DNA of 64,000 nucleotides, from contig OX597835.1 of the NCBI GenBank assembly GCA_951406725.2, positions 38,998,001 to 39,062,000 of the forward strand. Reading direction: 5' to 3'. The stretch is from Octopus vulgaris (taxonomy: Eukaryota). A model generated the notes under the pieces. That model was given only the letters and a program-made list of their open reading frames with translations. It did not search any database and had not been told where the DNA came from. Both the position numbers and the translations under genes were made by a program. Shown here in pieces: positions 12,852 to 25,737 of the stretch. Numbering within the stretch: position 1 is the stretch's first letter; every line of letters begins with the position of its first letter.

Positions 12852-13695
12852 ATGGCACACCACGCTAAATTTACTCCCGATCTCCGAAAAAGAAATTGTC
12901 AGGATGAAAGTTTCAGGAATGACTCTCTCGGCTATTTCATGGGGCGTAAGGAGATCTATAGTGTAGTTTCACGGGTTCTTAAGCTCTATGAAGAAACTAA
13001 AGGTTTTTAACCGAAAAAGGCAGCTGGTAGACCACGCAAAACCACCATGCGAGAAGATCGAACTATGAAATGGTACGTATTGAAGGATCTTTTCGCGACT
13101 GCGGCAGGAATTTCTAAGAAAATAAAAGCAAATAATGGTACGGAATTGCGCTGCTTTATAGTGTCTCCTCGTCTGAAAGAATTTGGATTAAAGACTTGTT
13201 CCCCGGCAACAAAACCTACTATCAGAAAAAAGAACAAATTGGAAAGACTTTCGTTTGCAGAAGCTCATGTGAACTGGAGGTGTGGAAATTAGTCAAAAGT
13301 TCATTTTAGCTATGAAAGCAAATTCAATTTAGTAGGTTCAGATGGTAGACAGTATCTAGGGCGCTTCACAGGAGATCGGCAAAAATCCAAAGGCTGAAGA
13401 AATCTGCCAAGTTTGGAGGAGGAAGCGACAGTGTGTGGGGAATGATTTCTTCTAAAGGCGTTGGCCCTCTAGTGCAGATTAAAGGGACTATTAACGGTGA
13501 TTCCTGTTCGAATTTGGTTAAACAGCATGAGAACACATCATTACGAGCATTTCCGAATCAACCGTGCATTTTCATACAAGATAACGCCCCTTGTCGTACT
13601 GCAAAGCGCGTCACTGGATTCTTTAGTGAGAAAAACATCCATCTAATAAAGTGACCAGACTTAAATCTTCTTGAAAACTTTTGGAAGATGCTTGG
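12852..13695 (+). pseudogene. Tc1 transposase pseudogene (frameshifts, stops, C-terminus lost at a SINE insertion)
   Basis: Translated pieces: GRPRKTT, FSYESKF (decayed FSDESKF), FGGGS-VWGMIS, FIQDNAPC, DLNLLENFW (decayed SPDLNPIENLW). Confidence 0.9.
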
Positions 13696-13696
13696 T

Positions 13697-14031
13697 CTTT
13701 GGAAGCCTAGTACTTATTCTATCGGTCTCTTTTTATCGGTCTCTTTTGCCGAACCGCTACGTGACGGGGACGCAAACACACCAGCATTGGTTGTCAAGCG
13801 ATGTTGGGGGGACAAACACAGACACACAAACATATACACACATATACATATATATATATACATATATATGACGGGCTTCTTTCAGTTTTCGTCTACCAAA
13901 TCCACTCACAAGGCTTTGATCGGCCCGAGGCTATAGTAGAAGACACTTGCCCAAGGTGCCACGCAGTGGGACTGAACCCGGAACCATGTGGCTGGTAAGC
14001 AAACTACTTACCACACAGCCACTCCTGCGCC
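13697..14031 (-). mobile_element. SINE family A nested in the Tc1 element (tail missing)
   Basis: Intact head ggcgcaggagtggctgtgtggtaag...ccgggttcagtcccactgcgtggcaccttgggcaag. Confidence 0.9.
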
Positions 14032-14111
14032 TATATTAAGTTATATTTCTTTTTTCTGTAGTTTCAGCTCAGAGCTGCGACCATGTCGATGCACCGCCGC
14101 TAATGTGTGAC

Positions 14112-14212
14112 GCTTACAGAACCTAGGTTTCTCAAGCGGTCAACCATTTAAGTACTAACTAGGCTCGACGTTGCTTAACTTCGGTGATCGGATGAGAACC
14201 GGTGCTTTCAAC
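14112..14212 (-). pseudogene. 5'-truncated 5S rRNA-derived sequence (pseudogene or SINE3 head)
   Basis: Reverse complement reads gttgaaagcaccggttctcatccgatcaccgaagttaagcaacgtcgagcctagttagtacttaaatggttgaccgcttgagaaacctaggttctgtaagc. This is invertebrate 5S rRNA lacking about the first 16 nt, with A box (agttaagc) and a mutated C box. Confidence 0.9.
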
Positions 14213-14590
14213 CACTATTGTGATTTTGAGTTAATTGAAGCATTTTTTGGTTTGATCGTTCTCTTGTTTTGCACATGAGACATTTGGACGAAACGAGTGG
14301 TTAGTGCTATTAACTTTTATTAAGACCATTGAACAAAACATGGGATTTTTCAAAGAATTTAGCAAATGGTTAACTGTATTTACGATTCCAATTGCGAATT
14401 TGTACGTTCACTAGCTTTTCCGAAATTAAAATAATAATAAACCTTTCTCTACTTTTTGCTCGCTACTGGATATATATATATATGTGTGTGTTGTAAAGGT
14501 GCAGACAATCAACTTGTGAAGCAACTGTAACGTTAGATTGCTTTGGCTTTTAATTTCTGTTTTATTATTGAACATCATAGTGTATACAGT

Positions 14591-14950
14591 GGAGGCGCAA
14601 TGGCCCAGTGGTTAGGGCAGCGGACTCGCGGTCGTAGGATCGCGATTTCGATTCCCAGACCGGGCGTTGTGTGTATTGAAAGAAAACACCTAAAGCTCCA
14701 CATACATGTATGTGTATGTATGTGTGTGTATATGTCTGTGTGTCTGTGTTTGCCCCCCCGACCCAACATTGCTTGACGGCCGATGCTGGTGTGTTTATGT
14801 CCCCGTTACTTAGCGGTTCGGCGAAGGAGACCGATAGAATAAGAACTAGGCTTACAAAGAATAAGTCCTGGGGTCGATTTGCTCGACTCAAAGGCGGTGC
14901 TCCAGCATGGCCACAATCAAATGACTGAAACAAGTATAAGAGTAAAGAGT
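14591..14950 (+). mobile_element. Chimera of a SINE family B tRNA head (14591-14700) and a SINE A 3' half
   Basis: ggaggcgcaatggcccagtggttaggg...ttcgattcc matches the head at 48211; after a (TG) tract the SINE A tail follows. Confidence 0.8.
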
Positions 14951-14965
14951 AATACATACATATAT

Positions 14966-15004
<39 letters not shown>

Positions 15005-15697
15005 CATATAAAAATAAACTCATACGCGCATACATATAAGTACAATCATTACCATGTGTGTATACACACACACACACTCCAGCGCGCTAGAGGATGCTGA
15101 AGAATTCTTAACTTTAGATAAAAGATATTAGAGAATAATCATTTAATTATGATTTTACTCAACATATTCCTCCCGCAGATTCACACACTCATTGCAGCGG
15201 TCCTTCAGTTTTTCCAAGACCTGGACAAGAACTCGGAAGGTTGGGCCCCCAGCCAGACCTTTCACGAAACCTTTAAAGCCAGTAACTTTTCAGCAGCCGC
15301 TTGTATATGTACGCGAGTGTGATATCTTGGTGGAGGGATATAGTATGTGTATCTGCTTGTAAAAACGTGTATCCTATTCGTGTGCGTGCGTGTATGTATA
15401 AGAATGGTGATGCTACATCCACAAAGGAGATATTTTTAGACGCAATGTAAAGATGACAACACAAAAGATTGTTTTATTTTGACACAACCATCTACCAAAT
15501 ACATACGAACATGCGTATATTTATATATACACATATATATATATGTATGCATGCATATATATAGATATATATAGATAAATATATATATATAAATATATAT
15601 CAAATTATGTATATTTGCATGCATTTTTATGCAAGCATAATTCTTATATATTTACACACACACACACACACACGCACACACACGCACACACACACAC

Positions 15698-15731
<34 letters not shown>

Positions 15732-16072
15732 GCACACGCTCACACACGCATACACGCACGCACACATATTTTTACATACATATACTCGTATATCTATATG
15801 TATTCGTATGCATATCTCCGTATGCATGAATGTATGTGGGTTCGCGTGCGCGTGCATATGGGTGGTGCGAGCGCGTGTGTGAATGTATAGATGTGTGTGC
15901 ACAAGCATCCCATATGACGCAGGACAGTTACCTATAAATGTATTTATATACATCACAGGTAATAGAACCCCGACGACACATGCCTGTGACGTATTTATAT
16001 ATACCAGCAAGTAATATGACACTCCTTCGTAGAGATGGGATTACAGGCTTATACATACATACATACATACAT

Positions 16073-16134
<62 letters not shown>

Positions 16135-16459
16135 ATGCGTACATTACATACACACACATATATATATATATCTATATATAGATATGTAGATATATACGTA
16201 AATTCATAACATCGTACATACGTATATACGTACATTTATGCATACCAACACTCAACGTGTGTATGTGTATATATATATACATATATATATAATGAGTAAA
16301 TAGATACATGATTGACTGTTTGTAAACGTTTCAACGTGGGTATTCCAGTATGACGTACCTGTATGTACGCACTTAGCATCAATTACGACACTTAAGATGT
16401 ATATTTATAGCATACGACTAAATATATATATGTATGTATATAAATATCTACAAAATACG

Positions 16460-16495
<36 letters not shown>

Positions 16496-16569
16496 TATAT
16501 ACACAAACATATATATATTTATAGAGAGAGACAGGCAGGCAAACATATAGATATAGACATAGGTATGTG

Positions 16570-16608
<39 letters not shown>

Positions 16609-16644
16609 AGAGAGAGAGAGAGAGATATTTATATACAAATATAT

Positions 16645-16709
16645 ATTTGGTAGGCGGAAACAGAAAGAAGCCCGTCGTGTATATATATATTTATATATAT
16701 ATATATTTA

Positions 16710-16773
<64 letters not shown>

Positions 16774-17007
16774 TGTATGTGTGTGTATATGTCTGTGTGT
16801 CTGTGTTTGTCCCCCACCCCGAAATCGTTTGACAGCCGATGCTGGTGCGTTTACATCCCCGTGACTTAGCGGTTCCGCAAAAGAGACCCGACGGAGTAAG
16901 TACTAGGCTTACACAGAATAAGTCCTGAGTTCGATTTGCTCGACTAAAGGCGATGCTCCAGCATGGCCGCAGTCAAAATGACTGCAACAAATTATAGAAT
17001 TAAAAAA
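16645..17007 (+). mobile_element. SINE family A, 5'-truncated
   Basis: Body and tail are homologous to other copies. Confidence 0.85.
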
Positions 17008-17107
17008 TACATACATACATATATACATATATATTTATAGAGAGAGAGAGAGAGAAAGGGAGAGAGAGACATATACATATATATACACATACATACATAT
17101 ATATATA

Positions 17108-17182
<75 letters not shown>

Positions 17183-17643
17183 AGTGATTTGAGAAATTGA
17201 TTTTGCTAGAGTGAGTACGAACTTCGTTGCAGCCTAAAGTCTGAATATTTCATAAATATACGTGTGTGTGTGTGTGTGTGTGTGAGTGAGTGTGCGATGT
17301 GTGTGTGTGTTTGTGTGTGATTGAATACGATACATGTGTATGTAAGTATGCTTGTTTGTGTCAATATCTTTGTGTGTATACGTACATATACAAATACATA
17401 CTTGAATACATACTTGAATATGTGCATACATAAGTAATATTCTATAGATATATATGTGTGTGTGTATGTGTATAATATGTTGTTTGTATATATGTATAAG
17501 CTTAAGTGTATATATATATATATATAACAGTGAATGTGCGGGAATTAATGGGCACAACACATTGTGTTAATAATATATAAACACGTTCTTTAGCCACGCA
17601 CCACTTTTCCATACAAAAGCACACACACAGAATCACACATACT

Positions 17644-17674
<31 letters not shown>

Positions 17675-17839
17675 ATGCACACACGTAAATAGACTTACTT
17701 ACACACACGCGCTCACGTAGATCGACACGGATAAACTGCAACAAATTTCAATGCAATTCTCATTTATTGAAGAGTATTTCATTCAATTAGACACACACAC
17801 ACACACACTTATACATATAAATGTGTACGTTAGTGTGTG

Positions 17840-17887
<48 letters not shown>

Positions 17888-18059
17888 TTTATACGTACGT
17901 ACATACTTAAACATACACACGTAGAAAAAAGCAAAGAAAAATAGATTTGCCCATAAATACGTGGAAATACCATAGATTTGTCTATACATTTACTCGCAAC
18001 GCTGTGTCCCACACCTAAATCGAATACAATGAATACATGTCACTTGGCAGGCTTGTGTC

Positions 18060-18397
18060 ACACACACACACACACCCTTACAGACAGGCTCACACACACA
18101 CAAACAAATACACACATACATAAATACATCGACAGAGAAAACACACACTTACACACACACATACAAACACACTCATACACACACACACTCACAAAGGCAT
18201 ATCCACCCACATATACACACATACACACGCATGAAAAGCATACACACTCGTACACACACACACTTACAAAGGCATATCCACCCACATATACACACATACA
18301 CACGCATGAAAAACATACACACTCATACACACACACACTTACAAAGGCATATCCACATGCACATACACACATGCACATACACACATACACACACATG

Positions 18398-18430
<33 letters not shown>

Positions 18431-18660
18431 AAACACACACACACACATACACACACATGAAACACACACACACACATACACACACATGAAACATACACAC
18501 ACACCCTTACAGACACGTTCATACACACACACAAACAAACACATACATAAATACATCAACAGGCAAAAACCTCACACATACTTACACACTCTCACACGCA
18601 CACACACACACACACACTTACAAAGGCATATCCACATGCACATGCACACACATGAAACAC
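18060..18660. repeat. CA-based complex minisatellite with a 75 bp unit
   Basis: aaaggcatatccac at 18193, 18268 and 18343 (75 bp period), and again at ~18622. Confidence 0.85.
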
Positions 18661-19313
18661 ACACACACATAGATACATCTACAGATACATCTACAGGCAA
18701 ACCCTCAGTTACACACACTAGCACACACACACACACACGCCCTTACACACACTTACACACTTACAGACAAACATACTCACACACCCACACACTTACACAC
18801 ACACTCACACACACCTACCTCTTTCATAAGTTGTTTGCTGGCATGAGTCCAACATACAAAACAATGCCATACTTGTATTATATTCATATTGTATTATATT
18901 TTTGTTACATAAATATCATACAGGTGTGTCGGAGTAGTTTCGGCCGGGGTGGCTGTCTTGTTTATTCGAAAGCTCACCCTTTATCTTACAGATATTCTCA
19001 CGCAATCGCCTGCAAAAATACACGCGAACACACGAACACACACACGCGCCTGTCAGCGCACGCGCACACCCATAGTTGCACCTTCGCGCCCAAACACACT
19101 TATTTACATATATTCATACATAGTCAGTCACATGACAGATAAGAATCTCACGTATGTGTATATATATGCATATATATATGTGTGTGTGTGAGTGTTTGTG
19201 CATATGTATAAATATGTACATTATAATTGTGTAGATATACACACACATACATACATTTACATGAACATACTTATATACATGTGTGAACACACATGTACAC
19301 ACACATGCATAAA

Positions 19314-19355
<42 letters not shown>

Positions 19356-19484
19356 TATATGTATGTATGTATAAATATATATATAGCAAAATTAATTGAG
19401 ATTCAGATGAATTAGGTACATAAGTTGAGGCGCCAAAAATTAGTGTGGTATTATCCGTACAATTTCAAAACAAGGTGCATAAAA

Positions 19485-19653
19485 TCAAAATAAGCCACAG
19501 GATATCCAGAGGTGATGCAGTACCACCGTTTCAAGCGGCTCCATTTAATTGAACAATGCAATCATTGATGTAATGATTGCATTGTTCAATTAAATGAAGC
19601 CACTTGAAACGGTCGTATTGCATCACCTCTGGATATCCTGTTGCTTATTTTGA
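19485..19653. repeat. Near-perfect 169 bp palindrome (fold-back)
   Basis: Arms of ~82 bp around loop gatgt (19567-19571). Confidence 0.95.
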
Positions 19654-19675
19654 AATATATATATATATATATGTA

Positions 19676-19850
19676 TAGGGAGAGTTTACGAAAAAAACAA
19701 AAGACGAAGACAGGTGGTGTACAAAACAAACAGATGTATTAGTATAATGCTCAGGAATAGAAAAAGTCTTTTACGTTTCGAGTCTACGCTCTTCTACAGA
19801 AAGGGACACAGAAAAAACAAGGAGAGAAAAAAATGTGTGTAGTGGCTAAC
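19676..19850 (-). mobile_element. Second copy of the 12318-12480 hammerhead-bearing repeat
   Basis: Near-identical reverse complement; motif at 19768-19803 with the same CTGTAGA core. Confidence 0.7.
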
Positions 19851-20319
19851 GATCTATCACACGCACATACATACTTGTATCTACACGTACGAACATAATA
19901 GCCTTGTCGATGAATGATGTGTGTGTGTGCATCATTGCATGCATATGTGTGTGTGAATATATTTATGTGTAATTTACATACAAATATATTTGTTAAAATA
20001 CCCCAAACCCACACAGTCACACATAATCTCTAACACAGTTTGCAAAAACTAATCAATTTTCCTATCACTGATGAGTAAATGATAAAATGGAAACCATAAG
20101 ATTTTGCTAATGCTTACTAATTCGTAATTTAGACACTCTTAATTAGCTTATAATTGCTGGTATATGTTTTTGATGATATTATTATCGTTCTTGTTGGTGT
20201 TGTCGTTGTTGCTTTTATTCTTGTCGCTTTATTGTTTATTTTTGTCCTAGAATCAATTGTTATTGAGTAAACCTGAGCTAGATCCAAATATTTCCAATCG
20301 AGATTATTGTTTTCTGGCA

Positions 20320-20466
20320 GAACGTGTCCAGCACTTGGGCCGTTTTAGTAACATTTATAGGCCCGTGGGTAAACCAATACACTGGGCCTATATCATATAT
20401 TTATCGACAACAAACCACAATATAAATAGGCCACGAACGGGTCCTTAGCACGGGCAACTACCTAGT
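20320..20466 (+). mobile_element. Possible Helitron 3' end
   Basis: A GC-rich, imperfect hairpin-like ...gcacgggc is followed after a short spacer by CTAG|T at 20462-20466. Confidence 0.3.
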
Positions 20467-22039
20467 GTGACTTGAGGGCGACTTTGCTGTTATTTTTATC
20501 ATAACTGTTACAGACTGTTTTCATTATTGACTTATTATAATTTCGTCTTATTTCGTGCTATGCCAATTACCACATTTAAAATAACGATGTTATATTTTCA
20601 TTCAAATGCAACGAACCTTTTCATGGCACACTTATTTGAGGCAATGTTCCTGTAGAAAGGAATCTGTGACATTGTAAGTCAATAACTGCAATCTTCATTT
20701 GTATCGTTTATAACATATATGTATATCACGTGTTACGCAATCCGTGACATACTACATGCGATATTTATATGTATACATATGTGTGTGTGTTTGTGTGTGT
20801 GCATGTGTGTGTAAAACATTTCTGGTTCATATGTTGATTTAATGTTTCCTATGTAACAATGTAACAGAGCATCTGTCACACCACAACGCCTGTTCCATGC
20901 ACTATACACTTCGACCCACATCTTCCACTAACCTCTTTCCTTCCCTCTCGAACCCAGTCCCCCTCTGCCCATGATTTTTCCTCCAGTCGTCAAGAAGACG
21001 GTTTGTGACCCACTTACTTGTGACATTTTCCGTGTAAGAGGAAAACTATGGGACAATTATTTGATGCTTTAATTATGTAACAAATCATCTATGACAGATA
21101 TTGAATGTAATTGTTATGTTACTAAATCACCTGTGACACAAAGTATTGACTATGCAACAAAACAGTCGTGGGAGACTCAATGCATTAACTCATGTTACAT
21201 TCGTTAAAACATTTATATATCATATTGATCATGTAACAAGGCTTGTGATATAGTGCATGGCTCGTTACAAGATCCCCGTGACTGACTTATTGTTCAAGTT
21301 ACACATTTGGTAACAGAATATGATATATTGATTATGTAACAAAGCGCATATATCTGATAATGCGTGGCTCGTGTTGTACTCAACTTCGACACATTTACAA
21401 AATGCCCCAATAATGTAAGAACTGGTAATGTAACAATACTTCTATATCCTTTTTCCATGCATAGATCTGCGATACAAACCTTCAGTGTATTTATCACGTA
21501 AAAAAGCTCATGTGACACAATGCACTGATCATATAGCAAGACACTCGCGAAAGCCTTAATGCATAGCTCATTACATATGTGTTAAAACATTTATATTATA
21601 CATGGACTGTGTTAAGAAAGCGCATGTGACAATGCATTGCTCAGGATACAAGACGCCCGTGACAGACTTGATGCAGAGCTCATGTTACACGTCATCTTTT
21701 TTACATTCACAAAATGTATTGGTAATGTAACAAGACATCGACAACATATTCATTTCATGCTTTGGTGACATTCAAATGATCCCTGTGACACAACAATTAA
21801 ATGCATTGTTTATGTAACACATTATGTGATACATTATCTGTGGCACACCTATCTAGGGAACTATTCTCTTATCATAGCATTCTTTTCGCAGTAAATCTTA
21901 GGATTTTGGTTACATTTGCAATTAATATCTCACATCCCTCATAAGTTACACCGTTTCGGCGAGATTCATTTTTCTATATATATATCACATATATATGTAT
22001 ACAAAGAGATAGCTGGATTGTTGCTAGATATACACATAA

Positions 22040-22096
<57 letters not shown>

Positions 22097-23109
22097 TATG
22101 TGTATGTGTATGAATAGAAACATAAACAATTGTATATGTATTCCTTATCAAACAATGATTTAATATATCTTCCCTGTAACAAAACATATGCCACGCTCTA
22201 AAACCCATTCGTGATATTACTCAATTATGTCATCCCTTGATATACATATGTATATATACACTTACATATATACATGCATTAGAGAGACACATGCATACGC
22301 TACACGCACACATATAAAGCACACATCTTGTCACATATCGATTTAACATTTTCTTCATGTAAAAGAATATTGGTTAGCGCACATCGCCCATTTAATATGA
22401 TACACATGTTCACATTAGCTTCACGCAGATCCTACACTTTTCTCCCGCTCAACCCCTTCCTTCATCGTTACAACAGCAGCCCTTTCGAATTCCCTTTCCT
22501 GCTCGTTTTCTTCCTACAGCTGTCCACGAAGAACATCGACCAAGTCGACCAAATACAGGCCTATGAATAATAATGCTACAGTCACAAACGCTTGCTCCGT
22601 TCTAAACCACAACCAGCCAATACATACGTTAATGCACCTACTTTCTATGTTATACACACACACTGGAAGTATATGTATTACGGATCTGTTTGCAGTCTGT
22701 GGTCTGGTTGTCTAGAGTTTATCTTGTTAAAGGATTCCTGGTTTCTTTGTTTATGGCAGTTTATGCTGCACCTAAATATTTTATATTGCACGATTGTCCT
22801 TCATTGGGTTTCTAGTTGTGGCCAATATGCTTAAGGGTTTTTAGTTTAGGACGGTTCAGTGATGTGTGCGTACGCACATGTGTGTATGCATATATACATG
22901 CAGACACACAGATATGGATGTGTGTATGTATATGTATATACAAGAAATTAGAATGAAAAAGGAATAAACAATTACGTTATGTACTTCATTAGCTCACAGC
23001 TGTTTCTGCTGCAAGATACAATGCGCTCACAGTTGAATGCTTGTGTATCACACTGTAACTTCACCGGAGCCTCAGACATGAAGCGCAATTTTATTTGGGA
23101 AAAAAAAAA

Positions 23110-23141
<32 letters not shown>

Positions 23142-23142
23142 G

Positions 23143-23180
<38 letters not shown>

Positions 23181-23899
23181 AGCATTACTGATGAAAACGC
23201 ATAGACGTATGTAAGAGATGAATTCAGAATTATGTATGTGCGTATATGTGTGCGTGTGTATGTGTGTGTGTGTGTATGTATGTGTGTGTGTACATACATA
23301 CTTATATGCATGTACATGTGTGATACGTAAATTTGATAGCCTCCCTAGTGTAACATAACACATTCTATTGAACCTCTTCAACAAAGACGATTGCTTATAT
23401 TTTATATGGTTTGTCGTATTTGTAACACGTTTGTAACACTCATAAATTCGTTGGTGACACCTTAATTGCCAGAGATTTCCGATGATATATTTCCCGTGTG
23501 AAACATTATGCCTGCCACACCTGCGTCGTATAAACACCTATAATTTTCTCACACTGATTATATATATTTCCGTAGCTCGCAAATCCGTTTCTGGCAAACT
23601 AGACAACCAGATAAGTATATGATCGCTTTATATTTTCCCGTATGAAACAAAATCTGTCACATCACAGTAACATAAACGGCTGCAAATTCTTAACGCATTT
23701 TATATTACTCGACTAAGATGCTTAAATCAGTTCCGGTACTTATGTTGGTTGCTTCTAGTCTGGTACTTATTCTATTGTTCTTTTTTGCCGAACCACTATG
23801 TTACGGAAACGTTTGAGACACGTAAGTATTTATTCGTGGTACATATATGAGAACTGGTTCATTGTGATACAGTTTCTGTATATAGATGTTTCCGATCTA

Positions 23900-23962
23900 G
23901 TTTGGATTCTTTGCCATCAAATTTGAATTCTTTGTCATCAAATTTGAATTCTTTGCAATCAA

Positions 23963-23966
<4 letters not shown>
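23900..23966. repeat. 21 bp tandem repeat, 3 copies
   Basis: tttgaattctttg..atcaaa repeated three times. Confidence 0.85.
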
Positions 23967-24027
<61 letters not shown>

Positions 24028-24036
24028 TATATGCAT

Positions 24037-24071
<35 letters not shown>

Positions 24072-24099
24072 TTTTCATTCTCTGTAAACACACACACAG

Positions 24100-24142
<43 letters not shown>

Positions 24143-24178
24143 TACATACATACATACATACATACATACATACATACA

Positions 24179-24212
<34 letters not shown>

Positions 24213-24489
24213 CATATATATGCCATATTTATGTCTCAGAAACAGCAGCTAAATTCCTCAAAATTAAACTCAGCTTCTGTATAAACAAAGGGCAGTTCCT
24301 GATATACAAAAAAAAAATCAGAAAGGATGGTCATGGTTGGATAGCGTCTAATTATGAGCCTTCTGCTCCATCAAGATTGACCTGGGATCAAACCACTTTA
24401 CAACCTCACGAGCCAATGGGTGTTTTTCTATGTAGTCGTTGGATTGGCTTGAAATACCAGCAGCCAAATTCTGCTTTAAAACAAAATAT

Positions 24490-24656
24490 ATTTCTTTATT
24501 GCCCACAAGGGGCCAAACATAGAGGGGACAAACAAGGACAGACAAAGGGATTAAGTCGATTACATCGGTCTCAGTGCGAAACTGGTACTTTAGTTATCGA
24601 CTCCGAAAGGATGAAAGGCAAAGTCGACTTCGGCAGAATTTGAACTCAGAACGTAA
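24490..24656 (-). mobile_element. SINE family C, truncated
   Basis: gaaaggatgaaaggcaaagtcgacttcggc, shared with copies at 49753, 51993 and 54346. Confidence 0.85.
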
Positions 24657-24967
24657 TTCTGTAATACTTTAGAGAATGTAATATTCAGAATCTCAGTGCT
24701 CGACAAAAATGGCAGTACGGTCATGGTTGGAACGCTTATCATATGCCCACTCAGTCAGTATAGAGGTGGCGCCAACAGCAATAACATATATTTTGGCATT
24801 ATACTGTCTGTGCCTTGTCCCGTATCTTATATTTTCACAAGTTACGAAACTACGGCGACATATTTACGATTTTATTGATTTTTCAACTGTGATACAAATA
24901 TATACCTTTTCTCCCGCAACAGAAAACGTGTGACACAGTTTCTTTCATATACAGATCGTTCTCTTTA

Positions 24968-25153
24968 GCCGTAGCTGTGTGATTAGAAATTTGTTTCCAT
25001 AACACATGGTTCCAGGTTCAGTCCCACTGTTAGGGCAAGTGTTTTTTACCATTGCCACAGGCCCACCAAAGCGTCGAGTGGATTTGGTAGACGGAAAGTG
25101 AAAGAAGCCAAATGTGTGTGTATGTGTGTGTGTGTGTGCGCGCCTGTGTGTGT

Positions 25154-25196
<43 letters not shown>

Positions 25197-25380
25197 TGTG
25201 TGTATTTGTTTATCCCGACTATCACTTGACGACCAGTTTTGGCGTGTTTACGTCCCTATAACGTAGCAGTTCGGCAAAAGAGACCGATAAAATAAGTACC
25301 AGACTTTAAAAAGATAAGTAAAATTCTTCGAAGCGGTGCTCCAGAATGGCCCCAGTCTAATACTTTATACAAGTAAAAGA
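24968..25380 (+). mobile_element. SINE family A (older copy)
   Basis: Head, body and tail homology. Confidence 0.85.
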
Positions 25381-25706
25381 CAAAGGAACGGTAGTTTTGT
25401 AAGACTGTGAGTTTTGTAATTACTGATCACGTACATGGAGCACAATACACATCCTTGGTTATAACACCTGAAACTTTTTTTCCTCTATTAATCCAACGAT
25501 CACATAGAAAAACACTGATTGGCTCGTAAAGTGGTTTGACCCCAGGTCAATCTTGATGGAGCAGAAGGCTCATAATTAGACGCTTTCCAACCATAACCAT
25601 CGCTTCTGCTTTTTTTTTTCGTATATCAGGAACTGTCCTTTGTTTATACAGAAGCTGAGTCTAATTTTTAGGAATTTAGCTGCTGTTTCTGAGACATGCA
25701 TATGGC

Positions 25707-25737
<31 letters not shown>

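Larger units (their letters stand above)
12558..14468 (+). mobile_element. Decayed Tc1-family (DD34E) DNA transposon with ~200 bp TIRs
   Basis: Left TIR ~12558-12760 and right TIR ~14250-14468 are reverse-complementary (shared gtttcgtccaaatgtctcatgtgcaaaa and aatggtcttaataaaagtt). The ends resemble TA-CAGT...ACTG, and a transposase relic lies inside. Confidence 0.9.
24218..25710. repeat. Inverted duplication of ~225 bp (24218-24445 vs 25490-25710) around a ~1 kb spacer
   Basis: Arms are reverse-complementary (e.g. ttatgagccttctgctccatcaagattgacctggg), and the outer (CATA)n/(TATG)n tracts mirror each other. Confidence 0.9.

Noticed and set aside
14112-14212. Functional 5S rRNA gene
   Set aside because: 5' end missing, C box mutated, no T-run terminator, not in a tandem array.
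14591-14665. Apparent tRNA gene (likewise 10472-10549, 48211 and 55868)
   Set aside because: A/B boxes are present but there is no proper acceptor stem or oligo-T terminator, and the sequence runs into repeat bodies; these are SINE heads.
20066-20100. CTGATGAG...GAAAC hammerhead-like spacing
   Set aside because: No pairing for helix II or helix I.
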